A stretch of 32,000 bases of DNA from positions 531,366 to 563,365 of the forward strand of contig NZ_KE383931.1 of assembly GCF_000422845.1 (NCBI RefSeq), read 5' to 3'. A program made the position numbers and the translations under genes. The notes beneath the pieces are model-generated. The model did no database searches and was not told the origin of the DNA. It saw only the letters and a list, made by a program, of their open reading frames with translations. This DNA is from Oceanobacter kriegii DSM 6294. Its GTDB lineage: Bacteria; Pseudomonadota; Gammaproteobacteria; Pseudomonadales; Oceanobacteraceae. This document shows, one piece after another, positions 1 through 8,148 of the stretch (position 1 is the stretch's first letter; every line of letters begins with the position of its first letter).

Positions 1-1132
1 TCACTTTCATTGGCAGGACTGTAAGCAAAGCAGGGAAGGTGGTTACCGAGAATACAAACGCCAACATCACACCCATCGCGACCATGTTGCCGAGGTCGTT
101 AAATGGTGGCGAGTCGGAGAAGTTCATGCTCAGGAAACCAATGGCCGTGGTGGCACTGGTCAGGAACACTGGCGTCAGGTTGAGCTTGAGGCTATGCATC
201 AGGGCATCGCGCTTGGTGGCACCGTGGCGCATATCGTAGAACATCGACGCCAGAATATGCACGCAGTCAGCCACCGCCAGTGTCAGCACCATAATCGGCG
301 TTGTTGCTGATGGGCCGGTTAAATAAAACCCCATCCAGCCCGCCAGTCCCATGGTCGACAGAATTGAGAAGATGATCACCACCAGTGACGCCAACGTCCC
401 CGTAATGCTGCGCAACAGGAAAATCATGGCGACCAGAACCATCAGGAACATGGCTGGCACCAGCGTTGCCTGATCTCCCAGTGACGATTCGGCAAAGGCG
501 TTGTTGAGCATCACCACCCCAGACAACCGCACTTCAATGTCCGGGTTTGCGGTAACAAATTGATCGCGCAGTTCACGAGCAAAGGTAACGACCTCAGGCA
601 CTTCTTTCGTAGGATCAATAGCAGGTAATTGCACCGTGACGTTAACCACGGTGACGTGGCCCTTGTCAGACAGCAGCTTGTCGACCAGCAGCGGCTCATC
701 AACAGCGATGTCTTTCAGCTGCTGCATGTCCATGTCAGGCAGTTCATCGGCTTCCAACACCAGATCCGCCACAAACAGGTCGTCTTCCTCGGCCTCGGTG
801 TGTTGATAGTTGGTGATGGAATCCACCCGGGTGGAATACGGAATCTGCCAGGCATCTTCCGTCAGCTGTTTGATGGCAGCCAGCGTAGCCGGTGTGAATA
901 CTTCACCATTTTTCGGCGACAGCACAAAGGCAACGTTGTCGCTTTTGCTGTACACCTTCTGCATGGCCTCAAAGGCCATCAGTTGAGGGTTTTCGTCACT
1001 GAAAAACACCCGGTAGTCACTTTTGAATACCAGGTTCTTGCCGCCAACCGCAGCGGCCATCACAAACAACGCCGACAACAGCAGCACCAGCCACGGTCGA
1101 TTCAGCACAAAGTTAAAGAAGCGGTCTTGCAT
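1..1132 (-). CDS. RND-superfamily (MMPL/COG1033-type) exporter, N-terminal ~377 codons; gene continues beyond window start
   Basis: Hand translation of the minus strand from ATG 1132-1130, with GGAAGGAG about 7 nt upstream: MQDRFFNFVLNRPWLVLLLLSALFVMAAAVGGKNLVFKSDYRVFFSDENPQLMAFEAM... I checked every codon of this frame down to position 2 and found no stop. It is absent from the ORF track because its stop lies outside the window. The + ORF 629..1195 is its antisense shadow. Confidence 0.8.
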   Translation of the reverse strand, partial: MQDRFFNFVLNRPWLVLLLSALFVMAAAVGGKNLVFKSDYRVFFSDENPQLMAFEAMQKVYSKSDNVAFVLSPKNGEVFTPATLAAIKQLTEDAWQIPYSTRVDSITNYQHTEAEEDDLFVADLVLEADELPDMDMQQLKDIAVDEPLLVDKLLSDKGHVTVVNVTVQLPAIDPTKEVPEVVTFARELRDQFVTANPDIEVRLSGVVMLNNAFAESSLGDQATLVPAMFLMVLVAMIFLLRSITGTLASLVVIIFSILSTMGLAGWMGFYLTGPSATTPIMVLTLAVADCVHILASMFYDMRHGATKRDALMHSLKLNLTPVFLTSATTAIGFLSMNFSDSPPFNDLGNMVAMGVMLAFVFSVTTFPALLTVLPMKV

Positions 1133-1204
1133 CAGGTCTCCTTCCCTGCAAGCGTCAGGGGGCGTATTAAGGTGAGTAGCAGAGCAAATGAATAAAAGCT
1201 GAAA

Positions 1205-1945
1205 TCAGGGTTTGTGCAGGCCATGGTTCTTGATTTGTGGGGCTACCCGCTGGTGACAGGCGCGGGTCAGGGCTTGCAGATCGATACTGTTGTCCAGTGG
1301 CTGCCAGCCGAGGCCATCCAGCACCAGATTGGTATGTGTCAGATAGGCTACTTCCAGAACCTGGGATTCGCGGATGGCACAACGCTCAACCTGGTCCTGT
1401 AGCAGTGCCACGGTGCCGTAGGCCATCGACCAAATCGCAAAGGCAACACCGCCAGCGTCCATACCCGGCTTGGGCGTCAGCTCACCGTTGTCAATGGCGT
1501 CCACGATCACGCTGCAGAACAGCCGATTCAAATCGTCTTCCAGCGCCATGTGCTCTTCGGTGTGGTGTTGTGAAGCCTTGGCCCGGGTGGCTGGTGTTTT
1601 CGCCGTCACCACCAGATTGAAACGGGTCATGTCGGATTGCGCATGCAGCAAATAGGAATACGCCAGACACAGCGCTTTCTCTCGGGTGGAGCCTTCAAAA
1701 TCAATCGCTGCGGCAAACACCTCAATCAGGGTACTGACGCAGTAGTTGCACATGGCCGTCAGCAGGTCTTCCTTGCTGGAGTAATGGCCGTATACGGTGC
1801 CTTTTGAGTACGGCACTTTGGCAACCACCTTATCGATGGTGACGGCACCGACTCCACCGCCGCTGCGAATCAACTCCAGTGCAGCCCCCATAATGACTTG
1901 CTGGCGTTGCTGTTTGTCTTCGTCGTTGATGATCTTCGGGGCCAT
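1205..1945 (-). CDS. TetR/AcrR-family transcriptional regulator
   Basis: ORF track 1205..1972. The N-terminal HTH region (ALELIRSGGGVGAVTIDKVVAKVPYSKGTVYGHYSSKEDLL) is typical of TetR. The track start is a TTG lying inside a palindrome, so I prefer ATG at 1945 (MAPKIIND...). It lies directly upstream of, and co-directional with, the RND exporter gene. Confidence 0.85.
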   Translation of the reverse strand: MAPKIINDEDKQQRQQVIMGAALELIRSGGGVGAVTIDKVVAKVPYSKGTVYGHYSSKEDLLTAMCNYCVSTLIEVFAAAIDFEGSTREKALCLAYSYLLHAQSDMTRFNLVVTAKTPATRAKASQHHTEEHMALEDDLNRLFCSVIVDAIDNGELTPKPGMDAGGVAFAIWSMAYGTVALLQDQVERCAIRESQVLEVAYLTHTNLVLDGLGWQPLDNSIDLQALTRACHQRVAPQIKNHGLHKP

Positions 1946-1958
1946 ATCGCTACCAGTT

Positions 1959-1982
1959 TGACGATTCGTCAAAATAAAACAG
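1959..1982. promoter_or_regulatory. Candidate TetR operator, copy 1 (TGACGATTCGTCAAAATAAAACAG)
   Basis: It contains a perfect 7-1-7 palindrome TTGACGA-T-TCGTCAA (1958-1972), 13 nt upstream of the tetR ATG. It is the first of three related 24-mers. Confidence 0.5.
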
Positions 1983-2038
1983 TTAAAAAAGCGAAGTGGT
2001 TCAACCCAACTTCGCCGATGGAAAACGCTGACGTTTTC

Positions 2039-2062
2039 TGACTAATCGTCAAAATAAAACAG
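2039..2062. promoter_or_regulatory. Candidate TetR operator, copy 2 (TGACTAATCGTCAAAATAAAACAG)
   Basis: 22/24 identical to copy 1, 80 bp away. Confidence 0.45.
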
Positions 2063-2120
2063 CCCACTCTGATCGAAAAGCATCCAGATTGAAACAATCC
2101 GTTCCCTCAGGCGCTTTAAT

Positions 2121-2144
2121 TGACGATCCGTCGAAATAAAGTCG
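2121..2144. promoter_or_regulatory. Candidate TetR operator, copy 3 (TGACGATCCGTCGAAATAAAGTCG)
   Basis: 19/24 identical to copy 1, 82 bp from copy 2. It retains the TGACGAnnCGTC half-sites. Confidence 0.35.
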
Positions 2145-2854
2145 TCGACCAACAAGCATCCCGGTACGGATGCTCAGGAGTCAGAGGTCAGGAGTCAGAC
2201 CGGAGAGGCGCGTAAGTTAATCAGGTAGCTCCCTAGGTAGCTCCGGGTGGTTAAGGAAGCCTTTAAAGAAACAAAAACGAATTGATCAGCACGGAAAATA
2301 AATAGTGATATCCGGGTAATACAATACCAATATCTAATAGCAAAGCGGTTATTCACTACCCTTTTGAATAAACAAAACCTGGATTACAAATAATAACGTT
2401 ACAGCCTTAAAGCACAGCTCAAATGTGTCAATAAGGTGACATTTTGATGGGTGTATTTATTCACCGAGCACAGGTCAGCGCTGACATAAGCCGCGCCTTT
2501 GACCACTTTGGCACAGACAGGATTTGTGCCCGTCTGATCGCACCTCAAACTGCGCCCAAAACGCCCGTCATCAGGGCTTTGGTGCTCAATCACCCTGTCA
2601 GTCCGACCGCGATAAAAAGCCGCCAGCATAAAACGTGATATACTCTGCTCAGCGCAATATCAATGAAACCGTTCACCCGGATATGAGTTTGAATTGCCCT
2701 GCCATTATGAGAATCATTTTCATTAAGTTGTTTGCGCAGGGACATGCTAAAAACGGCGGCTTTTGCATACGAATGGGCTGGCTCGAAAAATAGCCAAAAA
2801 ACAACACATTCACAAAAGTTATTACAGATATTCACGCCATTTATAGCGTTTTCA

Positions 2855-2883
2855 TTGAGCTGTTAACGAGTTTTCAATATCTT
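2855..2883 (+). promoter_or_regulatory. Candidate sigma-70 promoter for acnB (TTGAGC-17-TATCTT)
   Basis: Hexamers read directly from the sequence: -35 at 2855-2860 and -10 at 2878-2883, about 40 nt upstream of the acnB ATG. This is pattern matching only. Confidence 0.3.
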
Positions 2884-2923
2884 ATTGCGCGATCAAAATT
2901 AGACTAGATGAGATGTGGGCGCT

Positions 2924-5716
2924 ATGAGTTACTATTCAGAATATCTACAAGAAATTGAGGTTCGTAAAAAGGACCTGGGTCTGAACCCGAAGCCAATCGA
3001 CAGTGCCGAGCTGCTGTCTGAAATCATTGCCCAGATCAAAGACACCGGCAATGAGCACCGCGAAGCATCTCTGAACTTCTTCATTTATAACACTCTGCCA
3101 GGTACGACGCCTGCTGCAGTTGTTAAATCTGCATTCCTGAAAGAGATCGTACTGGGTAACGAAGTGGTTGCCGAGATCTCTCCTGAGTTTGCTCTGGAGC
3201 AGCTGTCTCACATGAAGGGTGGCCCATCTGTTGCTGCTCTGCTGGACGTTGCCCTGTCTGACCACGCTCAAGCCGCTGCTGCTGGCGAAGTGCTGAAGTC
3301 CCAGGTATTCCTGTACGACGCCGACTACGAGCGTCTGGCCGCTGCCTTCAAAGAAGGTAACGCTGTTGCCAAGGAACTGCTGGAAAGCTACGCCAAGGCT
3401 GAGTTCTTCACCAAGTTGGACGATATCCCAGAAAAAATCGACGTGGTGACCTACATCGCGGCAGAAGGTGATATCTCTACCGACCTGCTGTCTCCGGGTA
3501 ACCAGTCTCACTCCCGTGCTGACCGTGAACTGCACGGCCTGTGCATGATCAGCCCTGAAGCACAGAAAGAAATCGTTGAACTGGGCAAACAGCACCCGAA
3601 CGCCAAAGTGATGCTGATCGCTGAAAAAGGCACCATGGGTGTGGGTTCTTCCCGTATGTCCGGTGTGAACAACGTAGCGCTGTGGGCTGGTGAAAAGACT
3701 TCCCCATACATCCCGTTCATCAACAACCGTCCAGTGGTTGCTGGTACCAACGGTATTGCGCCTATCTTCCTGACCACCGTGGGTGTGACCGGCGGTATTG
3801 GTCTGGACCTGAAAAACTGGGTCAAGAAAGTTGATGCAGACGGCAACGTGGTACGTGACGAAAACGGCGATCCAGTACTGGAAGAAGCCTACTCCGTTGC
3901 TACCGGTACCGTGCTGACCATCGATACCAAAGCCAAGAAGCTGTACAACGGCGATAAGGAACTGGTAGACGTATCTGCTTCTTTCACTCCACAGAAAGTG
4001 GAATTCATGAAAGCCGGCGGTTCCTACGCAGTAACCTTCGGTAAGAAGCTGCAAACCTTTGCTGCTGAAACCCTGGGTGTTGAAGCTCCAGCCGTTTACG
4101 CACAGGCGAAAGAAATCTCCATCGAAGGTCAGGGTCTGACTGCCGTAGAGAAAATCTTCAACCGTAACGCCATCGGTGTTAACTCCAAGACTCCGCTGCA
4201 CACGGGTTCCGACGTTCGCGTTAAGGTGAACATCGTAGGTTCCCAGGACACTACCGGTCCTATGACCTGTCAGGAACTGGAATCCATGGCGGCTTCCACC
4301 ATCTCTGCAACCGTCGATGGTGCTTTCCAGTCTGGTTGTCACACTGCTTCTGTATGGGACAAGAAAGCTCAGGCCAACACGCCTAAGCTGATGGCCTTCA
4401 TGAACGCGTTTGGTGTAATCACCGCACGTGACCCGAAAGGCATCTACCACTCCATGACCGACGTAATCCACAAGGTTCTGAACGACATTACTGTCGACGA
4501 CCGTGCGATCATCATCGGTGGTGACTCTCACACCCGTATGTCCAAGGGCGTGGCCTTCGGTGCTGACTCCGGTACTGTTGCTATCGCACTGGCGACCGGT
4601 GAAGCAGAAATGCCAATCCCTGAGTCTGTGAAGGTTACCTTCAAAGGCAACATGAAGCCTCACATGGACTTCCGTGACATCGTTCACGCCACCCAGGCTC
4701 AGATGCTGAAGCAGTTCCAGGGCGAAAACGTCTTCCAGGGTCGTGTGATCGAAGTACAAATCGGTACCCTGCTGGCTGACCAGGCCTTCACCTTCACCGA
4801 CTGGACTGCAGAAATGAAAGCCAAGGCTTCCATCTGTATCTCCACCGATGAAACCCTGATCGCCTCTCTGGAACTGGCCAAGTCCCGTATCCAGATCATG
4901 ATCAACAAGGGCATGGACAACGAAGCCAAGATGCTGGAAGGCCTGATTGCTCTGGCCGACAAGCGAATTGCTGAAGTTAAGTCCGGTGAAGCCCCTGCAC
5001 TGGCTCCAGACGACAACGCCAAGTACTACGCCGAAGTGGTTGTAGATCTGGACTCTATCGAAGAGCCAATGATCGCTGACCCGGACGTTAACAACGAAGA
5101 CGTGTCCAAGCGTTACACCCACGATGTGATCCGTCCAACTTCCTACTACGATGGCCGCAAAGTTGATCTGGGCTTCGTTGGTTCTTGTATGGTTCACAAG
5201 GGCGACATGCAGATCATCGCTGCGATGCTGCGTAATCTGGAGAAGAACGGTCCGGTTACCTTCAAGGCTCCACTGGTTGTTGCGCCACCAACGTACAACA
5301 TCGTTGACGAACTGAAGGCCGAAGGCGACTGGGACATCCTGTCCAAGTACGCTGGCTTCACCTTCGACGACGAGAATCCAAAGCAAGCCGCTCGTACCCA
5401 GTACGAGAACATCATGTACCTGGAGCGTCCAGGATGTAACCTGTGTATGGGTAACCAGGAAAAAGCAGCGCCTGGCGACACCGTACTGGCGACTTCCACC
5501 CGTCTGTTCCAGGGCCGTGTGGTAGAAGATACTGCCGAGAAGAAAGGTGAGTCCCTGCTGGGCTCTACCCCAATGGTTGTTCTGTCCTGTGTTCTGGGTC
5601 GCTTCCCGACTCTGGAAGAGTACAAGGCTGCCGTTGAAGGTATTAACCTGACTTCCTTCGCGCCACCAAGCAAGGACCTGAGCGTTTCCGGTGATATCCC
5701 GGTAGTTGCTGTGTAA
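2924..5716 (+). CDS. acnB: Aconitate hydratase B (bifunctional aconitase 2 / 2-methylisocitrate dehydratase type), long form
   Basis: ORF track 2915..5716. AcnB signature blocks are visible: VGSQDTTGPMT, IGGDSHTRM, GFVGSCM, PGCNLCMGNQ. The N-terminus MSYYSEYLQEIEVRKK parallels the E. coli AcnB N-terminus, so I prefer ATG 2924 over GTG 2915. Codon bias is strong. Confidence 0.93.
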   Translation: MSYYSEYLQEIEVRKKDLGLNPKPIDSAELLSEIIAQIKDTGNEHREASLNFFIYNTLPGTTPAAVVKSAFLKEIVLGNEVVAEISPEFALEQLSHMKGGPSVAALLDVALSDHAQAAAAGEVLKSQVFLYDADYERLAAAFKEGNAVAKELLESYAKAEFFTKLDDIPEKIDVVTYIAAEGDISTDLLSPGNQSHSRADRELHGLCMISPEAQKEIVELGKQHPNAKVMLIAEKGTMGVGSSRMSGVNNVALWAGEKTSPYIPFINNRPVVAGTNGIAPIFLTTVGVTGGIGLDLKNWVKKVDADGNVVRDENGDPVLEEAYSVATGTVLTIDTKAKKLYNGDKELVDVSASFTPQKVEFMKAGGSYAVTFGKKLQTFAAETLGVEAPAVYAQAKEISIEGQGLTAVEKIFNRNAIGVNSKTPLHTGSDVRVKVNIVGSQDTTGPMTCQELESMAASTISATVDGAFQSGCHTASVWDKKAQANTPKLMAFMNAFGVITARDPKGIYHSMTDVIHKVLNDITVDDRAIIIGGDSHTRMSKGVAFGADSGTVAIALATGEAEMPIPESVKVTFKGNMKPHMDFRDIVHATQAQMLKQFQGENVFQGRVIEVQIGTLLADQAFTFTDWTAEMKAKASICISTDETLIASLELAKSRIQIMINKGMDNEAKMLEGLIALADKRIAEVKSGEAPALAPDDNAKYYAEVVVDLDSIEEPMIADPDVNNEDVSKRYTHDVIRPTSYYDGRKVDLGFVGSCMVHKGDMQIIAAMLRNLEKNGPVTFKAPLVVAPPTYNIVDELKAEGDWDILSKYAGFTFDDENPKQAARTQYENIMYLERPGCNLCMGNQEKAAPGDTVLATSTRLFQGRVVEDTAEKKGESLLGSTPMVVLSCVLGRFPTLEEYKAAVEGINLTSFAPPSKDLSVSGDIPVVAV

Positions 5717-5775
5717 TTGCTGCCCGAGCGCAGATGACAGTTTGGCCCACGCCGCTGGCATGGGTCATTCCTCCC

Positions 5776-5806
5776 AAAACGCCTGATACTTGTCATCGGG
5801 CGTTTT
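5776..5806 (+). terminator. Rho-independent terminator of acnB
   Basis: AAAACGCCTGAT-acttgtc-ATCGGGCGTTTT forms a 12-bp stem with one G.U pair. The T-run is in and after the 3' arm. Confidence 0.6.
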
Positions 5807-5876
5807 GCGTTTAAGGGCCAAGCAAAGGCCAGACCGGGGTAACAGACCCCTGAATAAAGCTCTGAAAAACAGCCAC

Positions 5877-5910
5877 AAAAAAGCCCCCGCTGCTTATCGC
5901 AGTGGGGGCT
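5877..5910 (-). terminator. Rho-independent terminator of the peroxiredoxin gene
   Basis: GCCCCCGCTGC-ttatc-GCAGTGGGGGC forms an 11-bp stem with one G.U pair. On the minus strand it is followed by a T6 run (plus-strand A-run 5877-5882). Confidence 0.7.
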
Positions 5911-5936
5911 TTTCGAATCACATCAAAAGGCGCTGA

Positions 5937-6539
5937 TTACAGGCCTTCAGCAGACTCGGACAGGTACTTGGCAACGCCTTCCGGAGAAGCGTTCATACCT
6001 TTGTCACCCTTGTTCCAGCCAGCTGGGCAAACTTCGCCGTGCTCTTCATGGAATTGCAGAGCGTCAACCAGACGAACCAGCTCGTCGATGTTACGACCCA
6101 GTGGCAGGTCGTTGATGTTAGCAGCACGTACCACGCCTTCCTTGTCGATCAGAAATGCGCCACGCAGAGCAACACCGCCAGCAGTTTCAACGTCGTACGC
6201 TTTACAGATAGCGTGGGAAACGTCAGCCGCCATGGTGTACTTAACAGGACCAATACCACCGTCGTTGATGGCAGTGTTACGCCATGCGTTGTGAGTGAAG
6301 TGAGAGTCGATGGATACAGAGATCACTTCAACGCCCATTTCTTCGAACTTGGCCATACGCTTGTCCAGAGCGATCAGCTCGGATGGGCATACGAAAGTGA
6401 AGTCCAGTGGGTAGAAGAAAACCAGGGCGTACTTGCCTTTGGTCGCTTCAGCGAAGTTGTAAGAATCAACGATGGTACCGTCGCCCAGTACGGCTGGAAC
6501 GGTAAAGTCAGGGGCTTGCTTGCCTACCAAAACGCTCAT
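5937..6539 (-). CDS. Peroxiredoxin, typical 2-Cys (AhpC/TsaA/Prx1 subfamily)
   Basis: 200 aa. The peroxidatic Cys lies in FYPLDFTFVCPSE and the resolving Cys in GEVCPAGW. GGAG sits 9 nt upstream of the ATG. No ahpF is adjacent. Confidence 0.92.
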   Translation of the reverse strand: MSVLVGKQAPDFTVPAVLGDGTIVDSYNFAEATKGKYALVFFYPLDFTFVCPSELIALDKRMAKFEEMGVEVISVSIDSHFTHNAWRNTAINDGGIGPVKYTMAADVSHAICKAYDVETAGGVALRGAFLIDKEGVVRAANINDLPLGRNIDELVRLVDALQFHEEHGEVCPAGWNKGDKGMNASPEGVAKYLSESAEGL

Positions 6540-6592
6540 GGTGTCACTCCATTAGTGAGTCGCAGCAGAATTGCTGCATTTCAGAAACGCCG

Positions 6593-6620
6593 ATAATACA
6601 TGGGGTTTTGGGCTACTCAA
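6593..6620 (-). promoter_or_regulatory. Candidate sigma-70 promoter of the peroxiredoxin gene (TTGAGT-16-TATTAT)
   Basis: Read on the minus strand: -35 at plus 6615-6620 and -10 at plus 6593-6598, about 55 nt upstream of the ATG. Confidence 0.35.
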
Positions 6621-6728
6621 GCGGGCCTGATCACGGTTCAAACAACTGATAGATTGAAATAATAAACCTGATAGCTTTTTATAATTCGAAGTGTCCGAAT
6701 TGCCGTAATACCGATGTTTTTTCGGCGC

Positions 6729-8084
6729 CTATTCCCGGTAGTCACTGCTGTTAATCCCGTACTTCACCAGCTTCTGGTTAAAGGTACGGCGTTCAATACA
6801 GAGGTCGTCCAACACCGCGGAGACCTTGCCCGCATGTTGAGCCAGTTTCGAGCGCAGCAGCTTTTCTTCGTAGGCCTGCACCAGCTCCTTTAACGACTCT
6901 CCGGCTTGCACCTCAAAGGTGTTGGCGGTGTCGGATTCAATCGCTTTTTCAATCTGGCGGCAGCTACGTATGGCATAGCGGGTTGCAACGTTGATCAGCT
7001 CACGAACATTGCCGGGCCAGCTGTACTGCAACAACACCTGGCGGGTATGTTCGTCGGCGCTTTTGTATTGGGTGCCAAAGTTGTCGCACTGCTGACGGGC
7101 ATAGAATTCAAACAGGCTGACCACATCCCCTTCCCGGTCGCGCAGTGCCGGAATCCGCAGTTCTGCCACTTGCAGGCGGAAGAACAGGTCCTGACGGAAG
7201 TTGTCGTTATTACGTAGCTCGTCTTTGGTCGCCGACACAATGCGGCAGTCAATGGGGATTTCCTTGTTGGAGCCCAGCGGCGTTATCAGCTTGTCGGATA
7301 TGGCTCGCAATAACTTGGCCTGGGTGCTTAATGGCAGGCTTTCGATCTCGTCCAGAAACAGCGTGCCGCCATTGGCGTGCACCAGTTTGCCGTCACGAGC
7401 GGCACCGGCATCGGTAAAAGCGCCTTTTTCATGGCCAAACAGTTCGGCTTCTGCCAGTTGCTCCGGAATTGCGGCACAGTTCAGCGCGACAAAACGGCCG
7501 TTAGATCGACCCGACAGGTCGTGTAACGAGCGTGCGACCAGCTCTTTGCCCACCCCGGTTTCTCCGTACACCAGTACCGGAATATCCATTGGGGCAAACT
7601 CTTCAATGTCTTGCCTGAGCGATTTGATGGCCTTGCACTGACCAACAATGGTGTTGGCCAAACCCGCTTCGCCCCCCTGCCCGCCAGACTTTAACGCCAA
7701 TTGATTGGCCCGGGTTTCCAGCGCTCGCCGGATGGCGTTCATCAGATAATCGATGTCGAACGGCTTTTCGACAAAGTCGAAAATGCCCTGCTTCATGGCG
7801 TCGACGGCAATCGAAATATCGCCATAGCCCGTCATCAGAATAACCGGAATGTCAGCGTCGATATCCAACACCTGTTTGGCAAATTCAAAACCGTCGGCAT
7901 CGGGCATGCGCAAGTCGGTCACCACCACCACAGGGGCGCCTTTTTTGATGCGCGGCATTACCTTGGTTGGAGAAGACCAGGTGGACAGTTGCTCAAACTC
8001 GGTGGAGAGTAAATCCGACAAGTTGATACGGATGTCTTCATCATCATCGATGATCAGGATTTCAATGTGGGAATCTGCAGTCAT
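6729..8084 (-). CDS. dctD: Sigma-54-dependent response regulator (NtrC family, DctD-like)
   Basis: The receiver domain shows DDDED...VVVVTDLRMPD. The AAA+ domain has Walker A GETGVGKE, a GAFTDA loop, GGTLFLDEI and WPGNVREL. A C-terminal Fis-type HTH follows. It lies next to the DctB-like kinase and dctPQM, the same arrangement as P. aeruginosa dctBD-dctPQM. Confidence 0.85.
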   Translation of the reverse strand: MTADSHIEILIIDDDEDIRINLSDLLSTEFEQLSTWSSPTKVMPRIKKGAPVVVVTDLRMPDADGFEFAKQVLDIDADIPVILMTGYGDISIAVDAMKQGIFDFVEKPFDIDYLMNAIRRALETRANQLALKSGGQGGEAGLANTIVGQCKAIKSLRQDIEEFAPMDIPVLVYGETGVGKELVARSLHDLSGRSNGRFVALNCAAIPEQLAEAELFGHEKGAFTDAGAARDGKLVHANGGTLFLDEIESLPLSTQAKLLRAISDKLITPLGSNKEIPIDCRIVSATKDELRNNDNFRQDLFFRLQVAELRIPALRDREGDVVSLFEFYARQQCDNFGTQYKSADEHTRQVLLQYSWPGNVRELINVATRYAIRSCRQIEKAIESDTANTFEVQAGESLKELVQAYEEKLLRSKLAQHAGKVSAVLDDLCIERRTFNQKLVKYGINSSDYRE

Positions 8085-8148
8085 TATCTGGCCATCAACG
8101 CGGTGTAAACATCATGCTTGCAGCTTACACCGCGGTAAAACAAAAGGT

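Noticed and set aside
629-1195. 188-aa + ORF at the window start
   Set aside because: It is antisense to the RND exporter gene, whose minus-strand frame I verified as open from 1132 to position 2 and which has a strong SD. The + translation is H/Q/R/V-rich and motif-free.
2399-2835. Three short ORFs (76, 64 and 81 aa) in the acnB upstream region
   Set aside because: They are mutually overlapping or antisense, have no SD sequences, and have implausible compositions. I treat them as non-coding, and the GC-rich patch they cover is flagged separately as unexplained.
2945-5761. 938-aa ORF on the minus strand, almost exactly coextensive with acnB
   Set aside because: It lies in the codon-aligned antisense frame of a strongly codon-biased gene that has no TTA, CTA or TCA sense codons. 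The translation is compositionally abnormal: rich in V/G/Q/H/T, almost no Lys, and no recognisable motifs. acnB on the + strand has clear family signatures. This is a shadow ORF.
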